A stretch of DNA of 64,000 bases from Azolla caroliniana (taxonomy: Eukaryota > Plantae > Polypodiophyta): NCBI GenBank assembly GCA_043228905.1, contig JBHGNT010000003.1, positions 11,842,001-11,906,000 of the forward strand. The letters run 5' to 3'. Both the position numbers and the translations under genes were made by a program. A model generated the notes under the pieces. It worked only from the letters and a program-made list of their open reading frames with translations. It did no database searches and was not told where the DNA came from. Of the stretch, positions 23,852 to 35,320 are shown piece after piece (positions within the stretch are counted from its first letter, which is position 1; each line of letters begins with the position of its first letter).

Positions 23852-25600
23852 ACATATAACGGGGTAATATCCCTCTCTATTGCCACTCTCTCCCGCACAC
23901 TTTAATTTTGCCTTGTTAGAAACTGATATGTTTTTCTGCCAGTTTTTCCTGATATGAGCCATCTGTAACCGAGGTCCGCCCAAGAGGAGTAGAAATGCCC
24001 CAACGCATCCAATTTTAATACAATCGTCGAAATTTGGAATGGGTCCCCCCCCCCCCCATTGATATCTTCAGATTACTGATTAATCTGAGTGGTCGAACAG
24101 AGCTTGTGTCGACCATCCATAGCCAGAATGGACACACTTCCCACTCCTCGATGTTGAGTCAGTCATAGGTTGTCTTGCTTATCACATTGACACGTGATCC
24201 GCCGTCAATTATTGTTCCTGGAACCTCGGTGCCTTTTATAATAACCTTGATGAATTTTGTTCATCCAACATGGTTGGTCCCTTATTCGGATTTGTGAAGT
24301 TAATTGGGATGGCTGGCAGTTCCTCTTTCTTGATTATTGTTGCCAGGGTTTCCTTGAATCACGACACTAAATTTAAAATCCTGCCAAGGGCAACGACAAT
24401 GTAATTTGGCAGTTGGCTAAGGCTTGCCATGTCGTGTCTTTTGCAACCAGTTCTCCCTTCGTTTCCGGTTTTGTCACTGATTGTTTCTCCGTTTCTTGGT
24501 GCATTCATTTGGCATTCTTCTTATTTGCCAGCTCAACCCACTTCTTAGCCATCTTCCGGACTTGTTTCTGAGCATCCCACTCAGTCTTTTTTGCTTTTCC
24601 CCTTATGGTGACCTATTGCACCTCTACGACCTCTATTGACATCATGTTCATGGCAGGATCCTGCCTTTGAGGCAGCTTTTCAAGGCACTTATTCGCATAT
24701 GGCCCTCCTTTCAACAATTATAACACGTTTCCTTTGCCAGCTCACAGGGCTCTCCTCTTTCCAAGAAGGTTTGTTGCGGGCCGGATTGTGGTCGTTTCGT
24801 TACCGCCTGATGTCGGGGAGCATATTGAAACTACCTAGTATGTCGAGGCCTCGTCCAATCATCTTGAAACTATCTGTTCTCCTATCGTTGGAAGGTGATT
24901 CCCTTCCCGATTATCCTCTTCATATCTCCTACGGTCGAAGTGTTGGTTTTGTCAGGGGACGGCAAATCCTGCTCGATTGTCATTCTCTCTTCTGTAGGGT
25001 TGGCAGTCATCTCGTGGTTCCCTGTCGTAACGCAGTGAGTGGTTCCCTGTGATCCCTTTGGTACTCATCCAACCCAAATCAGTCATCCTGCCAAAGTCCA
25101 TCCTCTTGCCGAAATCGGTCTTTTCTTGGTGGCATGCCATCTCTTGGCTCTATCTACCGGACATGGGCCGTCACTTTGTTCAAAAGGTTATATTCACACT
25201 GGTCCATCATTTGGCCTCTCGAATGGTACAATGCACAATGTGTTCTCATTGTTCACTCTAGTGTCAAATGTACAGGGTTTAGGCATGTCATGCACTAGAC
25301 TGCCTGTCGGAATCTTAATTCTTCTTCCTTCGGCAATGTTCTTTGCAATGATGCCATTCACATTACATTGATGTTTGGAGCTTGGTCCATATCCAATACG
25401 TGGTCAATGACCTACTCGATTGTGCCGGCTTTGAAATCTAATACCTCCAAGGTCACTCTCAATGGTTCTCTGGGTTTGGTCAAGAATTTTTCTTTCAAAT
25501 CTTCATCCGGTGGTGCCCTCGCCAACTACTTCTGGGGATTTTGGAATTTGATAACAAATTGTAGGATGGTCTCATACGGCTCTTGATCGGTGGCGTAGAA
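23852..25600 (-). pseudogene. Minus-strand gag-protease relic of an element-B-like gypsy
   Basis: Minus-strand translation gives VIIKGTEVPGTIIDGGSRVNVI (compare B protease) and a CEYNLLN gag motif; heavily disrupted. Confidence 0.7.
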
Positions 25601-26170
25601 TGTTACTCATAGGAGTGAAAAGCTACACGGAGGGTTGACAAGGAGTGCAGCTGAAATGGCTAGGAGCTTGCTGGAGTATAAAGCTGAAACCGGAAGTCAG
25701 TTCAGACGGTCGGCTAGCAATGTGAAGCCGGAAATGATTAATAGCTAAATATTATGAATATTGTTATACCCAAAATAATATTAGATAAGACGCGATGTAA
25801 TAGAATTAGATCTGAACAATTATGACCTTTGATGTAGAGATATGATCTGGAAGGATGTGTCGATCCAATTCGGCCTTGTAACATAACATGCTTACCTATA
25901 AAAGGGGCATGAATCTTGTACATAGGGGGGTTGTAGATTGAGAGTTGATGTAGAAGATTTTTTGTATACAGTGCCATCGTGCCCTCGTATTATTTGTATT
26001 GAATTTCTGATTGAGTGTTAAGTGTTGTGTAGTTTCTTAGCCGACTAGTGGTTTAGTCGATTTGGATTGTGTGTTGTGTTTAGCTAATTCAGATGTAGTC
26101 GAATCCTTATTACTTGATATCCAATCTGGCTAATATTGTTTATTATTGTGATATGATTTAATCCATCACA
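25601..26170 (+). mobile_element. Isolated LTR-like sequence without matching TSD
   Basis: TG...CA termini, CCTATAAAAGGGG TATA near 25896, TG-rich 3' part. Flanks TAGAA and TCCCT do not match. Confidence 0.5.
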
Positions 26171-26230
26171 TCCCTTTGACCACGAACCTTTGGATCAGGG
26201 GTACTCAGGGATTGGGTATTGAAAGGGTGA

Positions 26231-27712
26231 TGATAGAAATAAGAAATAAAGAAGATATATAGATCCAAAACAACAAAGATCTATTGATAATGAATGATCA
26301 CACTACATGAAAGGGAAAGAAAACACCACAAGAAGTAGACAAAGCACCTCTCCTCCCAACCTTACTCCCCTTATTACAAAGGTATCACGTATTCTATCCC
26401 CTTCTATACTCCCCTTCTCACTTCTTATAATCTTCTTATTCTTCCTTACGTCTTCTTGTAGATATTGTATTCTTCCTCCCCCTATTGCTAAGAATACCCT
26501 CTTATTTATAGGTTTTTAGTTGCGTTATTCTTGCTTTTTTCTTTTTACGTATCCTCGAATTTGTGTGATGCATTTTTCATATCATTATTTCTACTTTGTC
26601 ATCCCAAACTTGTCATATAAGAAAGCTCTTTGTCAAGTTTCTTACCAATCTTTTCTTTTGAAATTTGGATATGAGGTAAAGAAGTTATGATGAACTTTTT
26701 CATCTACCTTACTTTTTCTGCCTTTTCCCGCGTTTTTTTCTTTTCTCTTTTTTCCTGCTTTTTCTACTTTTGAAAAACGCCTCTAACTTTATATTCCTTC
26801 AAGTTCCTTTTCCTTTTTAACTCTTGAGACTTTCATTTTGTGCTTTACTCTTATGCACCTTGAAATCCAAAGTATTTGCCACGGTCTTTTCCTATGAGCA
26901 AAAATCGACTTCACATTTAGCCCCCCTCCTTCCTTGTTGAGCGAACCATTTATGGTGAACCTAAAATAAAAAGAAAAGGAAAAAACTCCTTCGCCTTATG
27001 GTAGGCTATAGACAAAGAAGGAGTATAAATACTAAAAAGATATCAAATTATTGTGTGAGAAAAAACCCTTGCTAGTTGGTAGGAAAAACCTCACACTTCT
27101 AAACACACACATTGACAATCTCCATCACCATCTTTCTCCTTGTCAACACAAAGAAAGATGTTACCACAATTATTATGTCTTCATCAACACTCCAAACACA
27201 AGTAGGGCCATGCGATACATAACTCTTGATAGAAGTAAGCATGTCAACATATGATAAAACCTTTCAAGCAAACAAACATTTTGCACAAATACCTTCAAAG
27301 TTTTGAGACTTGTTGGAGTTGTCACCTTTTGAATTACTTCGATCTTTGATTCCCCATGAATTCCTTCTTGGCATACCACATTCTCCACGCTACCTTATTT
27401 TTTCTAAATGACTATTTCATCTATAATCTCATCTCAAAAAGGAAGTTAAAATAGATCTCATGTGGTGGAATCATTCAAGAGTTTGATGTCAATGTCATTG
27501 TTCTTTGGAACCACAGGAATAGGTGACACAAACTTCAAATCCTCCACATGATAAATGAAACTCACTTGAGACAATGCTTTGAACTCCGTTCTAAGGTCTT
27601 CCTTTTGCACAATCTCCAATTGTCAAAGCTTTTGGGCAATCGATATGCTTTCCTTCAACTTGATGTGGTGTTTGATGCCATCTCCTCTTATCTACGAATA
27701 GTCAAATATGAG
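26231..27712 (-). mobile_element. Old minus-strand gypsy relic: 3' LTR (26231-26915), PPT and degenerate pol; host of copia F
   Basis: Minus-strand PPT GGAAGGAGGGGGGCTAAA abuts TGTGAAG at 26915; minus-strand TATA near 26505; RT/RNaseH-linker-like residues (GIHGESKIEVIQKVTTPTSLKTLKVF). Confidence 0.6.
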
Positions 27713-28526
27713 TGTATAAAATCGATGCTTATTCTTGTGCGGCGGAATAGATGTGCATTATGTGCGTATATGTGTGAGAGAAAAAGAGAGTAGAGAAAAG
27801 AGAAATCAAGATAGATAAATGAGGGGAAAATAGAATACTCAAGAAGAAGGTGTATATTGCACAAGTAGAATAAGATTTACAAAATGTAGCATAACAAGGA
27901 GTCACAACCGACTTGATATGAAGTATGAGGAGGGTGCTTTATATATAGTCGCCCTCTCCCTTCATTGACTAACTACAACAACCACTCTCTCTTGGGGAAT
28001 GTGAAGACTCATAGTCATGGGGAATATGTAACTCATTAGTTATGTGTCATAGAATATGATTCTATGACACATAATTAATGTGTAGAGAGTAGTGGTCTGA
28101 CTCTTGACCTTTGAGTAATCATAGATTCTCAAAAGGTGTGTTCACACGTTGCACTATGTTGAGCTTGATTCTCAACACGCCCCCTCAAGCTCAACTCGGT
28201 TCGGTTCCTTTCGATTGATGTCTGCTTCAGTTGGTATCCGGTTCGGATGATCTTCGGTGTCTGCTTCGGCTCGTACCCAGTTCGGACGGTATTTGGTTCT
28301 CGCTTGTACTCCCCCTCAAGCTTGGCAAGTCAGGGATCGCCAATCCAAGGTCTGACATGAATTGCCAAAGCTTGTTGACTCCTAGGGCCTTGGTGAAGAT
28401 GTCGGTTGTCTAAAGATTCGTGTTGATGTGTAGAAGATCGACATCTCCAGCCTGAACACGCTCTCAAATGAAGTGGTAGTGCACTTCGATATGATTTTTG
28501 CGTGTGTGGAACACCGGGTTCCGAGC

Positions 28527-31500
28527 TGTTGGGAATCAACGCTTGGATTCACCTTCACCGCTCGGCCACAACCGATTAATCGCGGATCAATGCAGCAGAA
28601 AATAGAAACCAAAAGAGAGAAACACACGAGTACACAGGGATTAACGTGGAAAACCCTAGATGGGAAAAACCACGGGAGTACAAGACTCCAAACAACACTA
28701 TACAAGAGAAGTATACAATGACGAGCTCCAAGGCGACGACCTTGAGCTCGCTGTCCTCGCCACAGGCGGCGGAAATACACAGAGGCGTCGTCCTCTTCCT
28801 CTCTCGCGCTCTATCTCTCACTCTGTCTCACGGCTGCTCCCTCTTCACTCCTCTTGAGTGGAAAAACAGAAAAATGATAAGCAACTACAAAACTGTTTGC
28901 CCTAAGTCATATTTATACTTATATGACTTTGGGCTATTTACAACTGTAGCCTCAGGGGCCCATAGCGAACATATTCACGGATATGTCCCTGCATCCGGAT
29001 CGCTCTCCGGGTACATTCGTCATCCGGTACCGAAACCGGGGTCTTCGTCATCCGGATCCGAAACCGAAACCGGGCTTGTCGGCATTCATCTCCGATATCC
29101 GACCATCCCATCCGAAAGGGACCGAAATCCCAACAAACTCCCCCTTCACTTCGGCATGGGATGTCTCTCCAATCCGATCCTCTTCCGGCATGCTTCCAGC
29201 TTATCGGGTGTGAGCACCTTGGTCAGCATATCCGACCCGTTCTCGTCCGTGTGGATCTTCGTCAGCACGAACTCCTTGTCTTCTATCCTTTCCCGGATCC
29301 AGTGATATCTTCGCTGGATGTGCTTCGTCCGGGAGTGATAGGCCGCGTTCTTTGCAAGGTGGATTGCACTCTGACTGTCGCAGTAGAGTCGGTACTCCTC
29401 CTGCCGGATACCGAGCTCTCTAATGAAGTCCTTCATCCATATTATTTCCTTGCCGGCTTCAACAGCCGCCATGTACTCCGCCTCCGTGGTTGACAGCGCA
29501 ACCGTCTTCTGCAGCCTCGACTGCCATGAAACAGCTCCCCCTGCATACGTCATCACATACCCTGATGTGGACCGGCTGGTATCTGCATCAGCCGACATAT
29601 CCGAATCGGTAAAGCCGTCGAGTTCGGGCTTTCCAGAGCCGAATCGGAGGCACACGTTTGCCGTGCCCTTCAGGTATCGGAGTATCCACTTGGCCGCGTT
29701 CCAATGCTCTTTGCCGGGATTGCTCATGTACCGGCTCACCACTCCGACTGCATATCCGATGTCCGGTCTCGTACACACCATGGCGTACATCAAGCTCCCG
29801 ACGGCTGAGGCATACGGCACTTTCATCATATCCTCCTTTTCAGCCTTTGTCTTGGGACTTTGCTTGCTGGACAGCTTGCAGTTTGCCGGGAGGGTTGATC
29901 CGACCGGTCTTGCTTCCGACATGTTGAACCGGTGAAGCACCTTCGTCACGTACTTCTCCTGTGACAGCCACAACTGCTTCTTGCTCCGGTCCCGGATGAT
30001 GTGCATCCCTAGTATTTGTCTCGCCGGACCCAGGTCCTTCATTGAGAAGGTTCGGTGAAGAGCCTTCTTCAGCATCCGGATCTTGACCTGGTCCCGTCCG
30101 ACGATCAACATGTCGTCCACGTACAGGAGGAGTATTAGAAAGTCTCCTCCTTCGAACTTCTTCACAAACACGCAGTGGTCGGACTGCGTTTTGAGGTACC
30201 CTTCGTCGGTCATGAAGGAGTCGAACTTCCGGTACCATTGCCGGGGAGCCTGCTTCAGTCCGTAAAGGCTCTTCTTCAACCGGCATACCAGGTGCTCCTT
30301 CCCTTTCTTCTCGAATCCTTCCGGTTGCTGCATGTAGATCTCTTCATCGAGGTCACCGTGAAGGAATGCCGTCTTCACGTCCATCTGTTCTACCTCGAGG
30401 TCCATGCTTGCCGCTATGCTCAGCACCGTCCGGATGGAGGTCATCTTCACTACCGGGGCAAATATCTCGTCGAAGTCGACGCCCTTCTTCTGCTGAAACC
30501 CCTTCACCACGATCCTGGCTTTGTATCTCGGGGGGTTTCCGGCATCTCCCGGTTTCAGCTTGAACACCCACTTGTTTCGAAGTGCCCGCTTTCCTTTCGG
30601 CAACTCCACAAGTTCATATGTGTGGTTCTCATGCAGGGAATCCATTTCGTCCTGCATGGCACTCAACCACCTGCGGCTCTGGGTGTCATGTTTTGCTTCT
30701 TCAAAGCTCTCCGGCTCCCCCTCGTCGGTTAGCAGCACGTGCTCTGGTTCCGGAAATCTCCGGGGGGCCCTTCTCTCTCTTAGAGGATATCTCCGTTCCG
30801 GAGCTTCGGTAACCGGTTCTTCCGATTCTTCTTCATCCGAATCCATTTCGGGATCGGGGTCGGTTCCGGTATCGTTTTCATCTTCTTCGGCCGGTTCTGT
30901 TTCTTCACCGTCTTCGGCCGGATTCTCGAGTGCTAACCGGTCCCTTGCCGGTCGGGACTGCTCCTCGTAGAGTTGATCCTCACCGGTCGACTTGGAGCTC
31001 TTCACCTTCTTCTCCGACTCCCAGTCGGCGAGTGTCTTGTCCTCCATGAAGATGATGTCTCGACTCCTGAATATCTTCTTGTCGACCGGGTCCCATACTC
31101 GGTAGCCGAACTCGTCGTCGCCGTAACCGAGGAATATGCATGGCCGGGTCTTTGGATCTAGCTTTCCTCTCCGGTCCTTTGCCACATGCACGTATGCGAG
31201 ACACCCGAACACCTTCAGATGCCGGTAGGATACTTCCCTACCGGTCCACACTCTCTGCGGCGTGTCTCCATCCAAAGGCACTGAGGGTGATCTGTTTATC
31301 ACGTATGTCGCCGTCGACATTGCCTCAGCCCAAAACCCCTTGGGTAATTTCGCATGCGCCAGCATACTCCGGACCCTCTCCATTATGGTCCGGTTCATCC
31401 TCTCGGCCAGCCCGTTCAGTTCCGGCGTCTTCGGCATAGTAAACTCGAGTCGGATTCCCTTCGAGCGACAGTACTCCTGGAACTGCCCCCGGTATTCCCC

Positions 31501-33857
31501 TCCGTTATCCGCTCGTATCGCTTTCAGCTTCTTGCCGGATTCTCTTTCCACTCTCGCGTGGAGTTCTTTGAAGACGGACAACACTTGGTCCTTTGTCTTC
31601 ATCGGTGCCGTCCACAGTCTTCGGCTGTGATCATCTATGAAAGTTACGAAGTACTGGGCTCCGCCATGTGACTTCGTTTCTACCTGACACACATCAGTGT
31701 GCACCAACTCCAATGGTGCGCTCCGTCTCGTCGGTGGCCTTGAGTGGAAGGAGGTTCGGTTCTGCTTACCGGCCAGGCAATCGGTGCACTTCTCCAGGTG
31801 CACATGCTTCACTGGGATAAGGTTGTCTTCTGCAAGCCTCTTCATCCCCTTCTCACTCATGTGGCACAGTCTCTTGTGCCACAGCTCACCGGCAGTGTCG
31901 GCTGCCACATTCAGTTCTTCCGGACATAACCGGGCATTCATCAGGTACAGTGTGTTGATTTTCCGGGCCCGAGCCACTATCAGGCTCCCCTTGCTGAACT
32001 TCATTACGCCGTTCCGGATGTTACCTGTGTAGCCTTCATCGTCTAGCCTCCCGGCCGAAATCAGGTTCAATCGAACCTCCGGAACGTGTCGGACATCCTT
32101 CAGCAGCATTTTGCATCCGGTCGGGGTTGTCAACCACACGTCTCCTATGCCGGAAATCCGGCACGTACCTTCATTTCCCATCCGAACACAGCCATGCTCA
32201 CCGGCTGTGTAGGATGAGAAGTATCTTCTCTCTGGGGTCAGGTGGAACGATGCTCCGGAATCGACCACCCAGGTCGTCTCATCGCCGGCAACGTTTAGTT
32301 CACCTTCTTCGGTGATGAGCATGATTTCTTCCTCACTTGCCGCGAGTGCCGTTGTTCCTTTCCGGTCCTGCTCTCGCCGATCCGAACCATTCCGGTCCGT
32401 GGCTCCCCGGTATGCACCGTTTCTCTCCGGTGACTTCTTCGAATCGGTGTTGTCGGTTCCATTGTCTTTTCGGTAATGCCGACAATTCTTTCGGAAGTGC
32501 CCCGGCTTCCCACAGTGGAAGCATGTGGGCCTTCCTCTTGACTGCGACCGGGTCCCCGACTTCTCCCGTCTTTGCGGACTCCGGTTCCATTGTCTTCCCC
32601 GATCCGATTCGGTAAACAGCATCTTCGGGTCGGAGGCCGGTTCCTTATCTCTCCGACGCACTTCTTCATTCAGAATACTTGTCTTTACCGTTTGTAAGGA
32701 CAAGTTATCTTCGGTGCACGAGGTGCTGAGAGTCACCACCAAGTTCTCCCAGCTTTCCGGCAATGTACACATCAGGATGATGGCTTGCATTGCATCCTCC
32801 AACGGGAACTTGATCGCCGCAAGCTGATTCACGAATCCCATGAACGTGCTTACGTGTTCCACCATACTCTCGCCGTCCCGGTACTTGAGATTCACTATCT
32901 TCCTCATCAGGGAGGTCCGGTTCAACGCATTCTTCCTCTCATAGAGGCCCGACAGCTTCTTCCACATCTCATATGCGTTGGTGTCGTTCGCCACATGTTG
33001 TAGGACGCTTACATCGACATATTGTCGGATCGTCGCTACAGCTTTCCGGTTCAGGAGCTTCCACTCCGACTCAAGTACCCCTTTCGGTATTTCCGACCTG
33101 TCAATCGGTTCGTACAGGTCCCGAACAATCAGAAGATCCTCCATCTTGATCTTCCAGTCGGCGTAATTCTGCGCATTCAGCACCATCATCATCGGCTGCC
33201 CGCTGCCGCCGCCTTCCATTTTCTGCAACAGTCGCTCTGATACCAGTTTGTTGGGAATCAACGCTTGGATTCACCTTCACCGCTCGGCCACAACCGATTA
33301 ATCGCGGATCAATGCAGCAGAAAATAGAAACCAAAAGAGAGAAACACACGAGTACACAGGGATTAACGTGGAAAACCCTAGATGGGAAAAACCACGGGAG
33401 TACAAGACTCCAAACAACACTATACAAGAGAAGTATACAATGACGAGCTCCAAGGCGACGACCTTGAGCTCGCTGTCCTCGCCACAGGCGGCGGAAATAC
33501 ACAGAGGCGTCGTCCTCTTCCTCTCTCGCGCTCTATCTCTCACTCTGTCTCACGGCTGCTCCCTCTTCACTCCTCTTGAGTGGAAAAACAGAAAAATGAT
33601 AAGCAACTACAAAACTGTTTGCCCTAAGTCATATTTATACTTATATGACTTTGGGCTATTTACAACTGTAGCCTCAGGGGCCCATAGCGAACATATTCAC
33701 GGATATGTCCCTGCATCCGGATCGCTCTCCGGGTACATTCGTCATCCGGTACCGAAACCGGGGTCTTCGTCATCCGGATCCGAAACCGAAACCGGGCTTG
33801 TCGGCATTCATCTCCGATATCCGACCATCCCATCCGAAAGGGACCGAAATCCCAACA
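28527..33857 (-). mobile_element. Copia G: intact, very young Tork/Tnt1-like LTR retrotransposon
   Basis: 609-bp LTRs at 28527-29135 and 33249-33857 with no mismatch seen; perfect TSD CGAGC; PBS TGGTATCAGAGC at 33234-33245; PPT 29136-29150; uninterrupted ORF. Confidence 0.97.
29146..33219 (-). CDS. Ty1/copia gag-pol polyprotein (1357 aa from the first ATG)
   Basis: CFHCGKPGHFRKNC; WVVDSGASFHLT; HKRLCH...CTDC; VHTDVC, IRADNGGEY, NGLAERMN (DDE triad intact); LLYVDDML; RNaseH FTDSD, TEAEY, YCDSQ, SDMLTK. Confidence 0.97.
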   Translation of the reverse strand: MEGGGSGQPMMMVLNAQNYADWKIKMEDLLIVRDLYEPIDRSEIPKGVLESEWKLLNRKAVATIRQYVDVSVLQHVANDTNAYEMWKKLSGLYERKNALNRTSLMRKIVNLKYRDGESMVEHVSTFMGFVNQLAAIKFPLEDAMQAIILMCTLPESWENLVVTLSTSCTEDNLSLQTVKTSILNEEVRRRDKEPASDPKMLFTESDRGRQWNRSPQRREKSGTRSQSRGRPTCFHCGKPGHFRKNCRHYRKDNGTDNTDSKKSPERNGAYRGATDRNGSDRREQDRKGTTALAASEEEIMLITEEGELNVAGDETTWVVDSGASFHLTPERRYFSSYTAGEHGCVRMGNEGTCRISGIGDVWLTTPTGCKMLLKDVRHVPEVRLNLISAGRLDDEGYTGNIRNGVMKFSKGSLIVARARKINTLYLMNARLCPEELNVAADTAGELWHKRLCHMSEKGMKRLAEDNLIPVKHVHLEKCTDCLAGKQNRTSFHSRPPTRRSAPLELVHTDVCQVETKSHGGAQYFVTFIDDHSRRLWTAPMKTKDQVLSVFKELHARVERESGKKLKAIRADNGGEYRGQFQEYCRSKGIRLEFTMPKTPELNGLAERMNRTIMERVRSMLAHAKLPKGFWAEAMSTATYVINRSPSVPLDGDTPQRVWTGREVSYRHLKVFGCLAYVHVAKDRRGKLDPKTRPCIFLGYGDDEFGYRVWDPVDKKIFRSRDIIFMEDKTLADWESEKKVKSSKSTGEDQLYEEQSRPARDRLALENPAEDGEETEPAEEDENDTGTDPDPEMDSDEEESEEPVTEAPERRYPLRERRAPRRFPEPEHVLLTDEGEPESFEEAKHDTQSRRWLSAMQDEMDSLHENHTYELVELPKGKRALRNKWVFKLKPGDAGNPPRYKARIVVKGFQQKKGVDFDEIFAPVVKMTSIRTVLSIAASMDLEVEQMDVKTAFLHGDLDEEIYMQQPEGFEKKGKEHLVCRLKKSLYGLKQAPRQWYRKFDSFMTDEGYLKTQSDHCVFVKKFEGGDFLILLLYVDDMLIVGRDQVKIRMLKKALHRTFSMKDLGPARQILGMHIIRDRSKKQLWLSQEKYVTKVLHRFNMSEARPVGSTLPANCKLSSKQSPKTKAEKEDMMKVPYASAVGSLMYAMVCTRPDIGYAVGVVSRYMSNPGKEHWNAAKWILRYLKGTANVCLRFGSGKPELDGFTDSDMSADADTSRSTSGYVMTYAGGAVSWQSRLQKTVALSTTEAEYMAAVEAGKEIIWMKDFIRELGIRQEEYRLYCDSQSAIHLAKNAAYHSRTKHIQRRYHWIRERIEDKEFVLTKIHTDENGSDMLTKVLTPDKLEACRKRIGLERHPMPK

Positions 33858-35320
33858 CGAGCCAAATATATATTGCTCATGTTGTCGTAGTAAATGGGAG
33901 TCGGATCCTTGATGGGAACACCCAGATCCTTCAAAATCCTCTTGAGCCATACGGCTTCACCTGCAGCTACGGTTGCACCCCTGTATTTGGCCTCCGTACT
34001 CGAAAGTGCGACGGTAGGCTGCTTCTTACTACTCCAAGATATTGCTCCGCTACCGAGCGAGAAGACAAATCCGGAGGTCGATCGTCGATCAGCTCTGTAG
34101 CCGGCCCAATCGGCATCTGTGTACCCTTCGAGTCAAATTGGTATGGCCGATGCATAGAGGATGTCGTAATCCATTGTGCCACTCACGTATCGTAATACTC
34201 ACTTAGCGCAATCAAAATGGATATCTCGCGGAGTTTGCATGAATTGGCTAAGGAGTCCGACCTGATAGTTGAGGTCAGGGCGACTGATCATGAGATAGAT
34301 GAGGCTCCCGATCAGTTGTCGATATTGAGTGGGCTCGCACCCGTCTGTGTTGGAGTCAGCGTCTAGTTTGAGGTTTCGATAGAGAGGGGTTGACACAGAT
34401 TTACACTCAATCATCCCGAACTTGTGTGACAAGTTGAGGATGTAGTGCCGTTGAAAGATCATAATGCCGGTCGGAATCCGAATTACTTCGATGCCTAGGA
34501 AGTAATGGAGCTCCTTCATGTCCGTTATCTCAAATTTGTTGGAGAGGAAGAACTTCACCTTGTTGATGTCGACCAAATGCTCACCTCCGATAACCAGATC
34601 ATCCACGTATAGGATGATGACAATCAGGCTTCTAGAGTCGTTTCGTACGTAGAGGGAGTTGTCGGATTTCGACATTCGAAAGTCGATTTGATGAAGATAT
34701 TGCGTAATCTTCGAATGCCAAGCACGCGGTGCTTGCTTGAGGCCGTAGAGTGGCTTCTTGAGTCGGCACACAACTTTTAGATGAGTACGTGATTCGAAGC
34801 AAGGTGGTTGTACCATGTATACCTCCTCTTCTAATTCGCCTTGAAGAAAGGCGTTCTTTACGTCCATCTGATGGAGGTGCCACCCTTTCGCTGTTGCAAG
34901 TGCAATTACTGTCCGCACAGTCGTCATCTTTGCTAAATGGGCAAATGTCTCTTCGTAATCGACTTCATGTGTTTGTGCGTATCCTTTCGCTACAAGTCGA
35001 GCTTTATAACGGTTTTCGGAGACAACAGCATTATACTTCACCTTATAGATCCATCTGCAACCGATCGCCTTCTTGTGTGGTGAGTGGGGAACGAGATCCC
35101 ATGATTCGTTCTTGCAAAGTGCCTACATCTCCTCGTTCATTGCTTCGACCCATCGCGGGTCCTTCATGGCTTCAGAAAAGGTTTCCAGCTCCCGTATTGT
35201 CGTTACCTTCATCATAAAGGCGTAATGGTATGCCATATAATTGTTGTAGCTGAATCGGCTTATAGGGTTCTTTTCATGGGTGGATCAACGGAGCTTCTCG
35301 TTTGCGGATACTAAGGCTTT

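Noticed and set aside
25601-26170. Clean solo LTR
   Set aside because: The flanking 5-mers do not match, so it is reported only as an LTR-like fragment.
28646-29305. 219-aa and 275-aa plus-strand ORFs (also 33368-34195)
   Set aside because: They are antisense readings through the duplicated G LTRs, with non-ATG starts and no recognisable domain.
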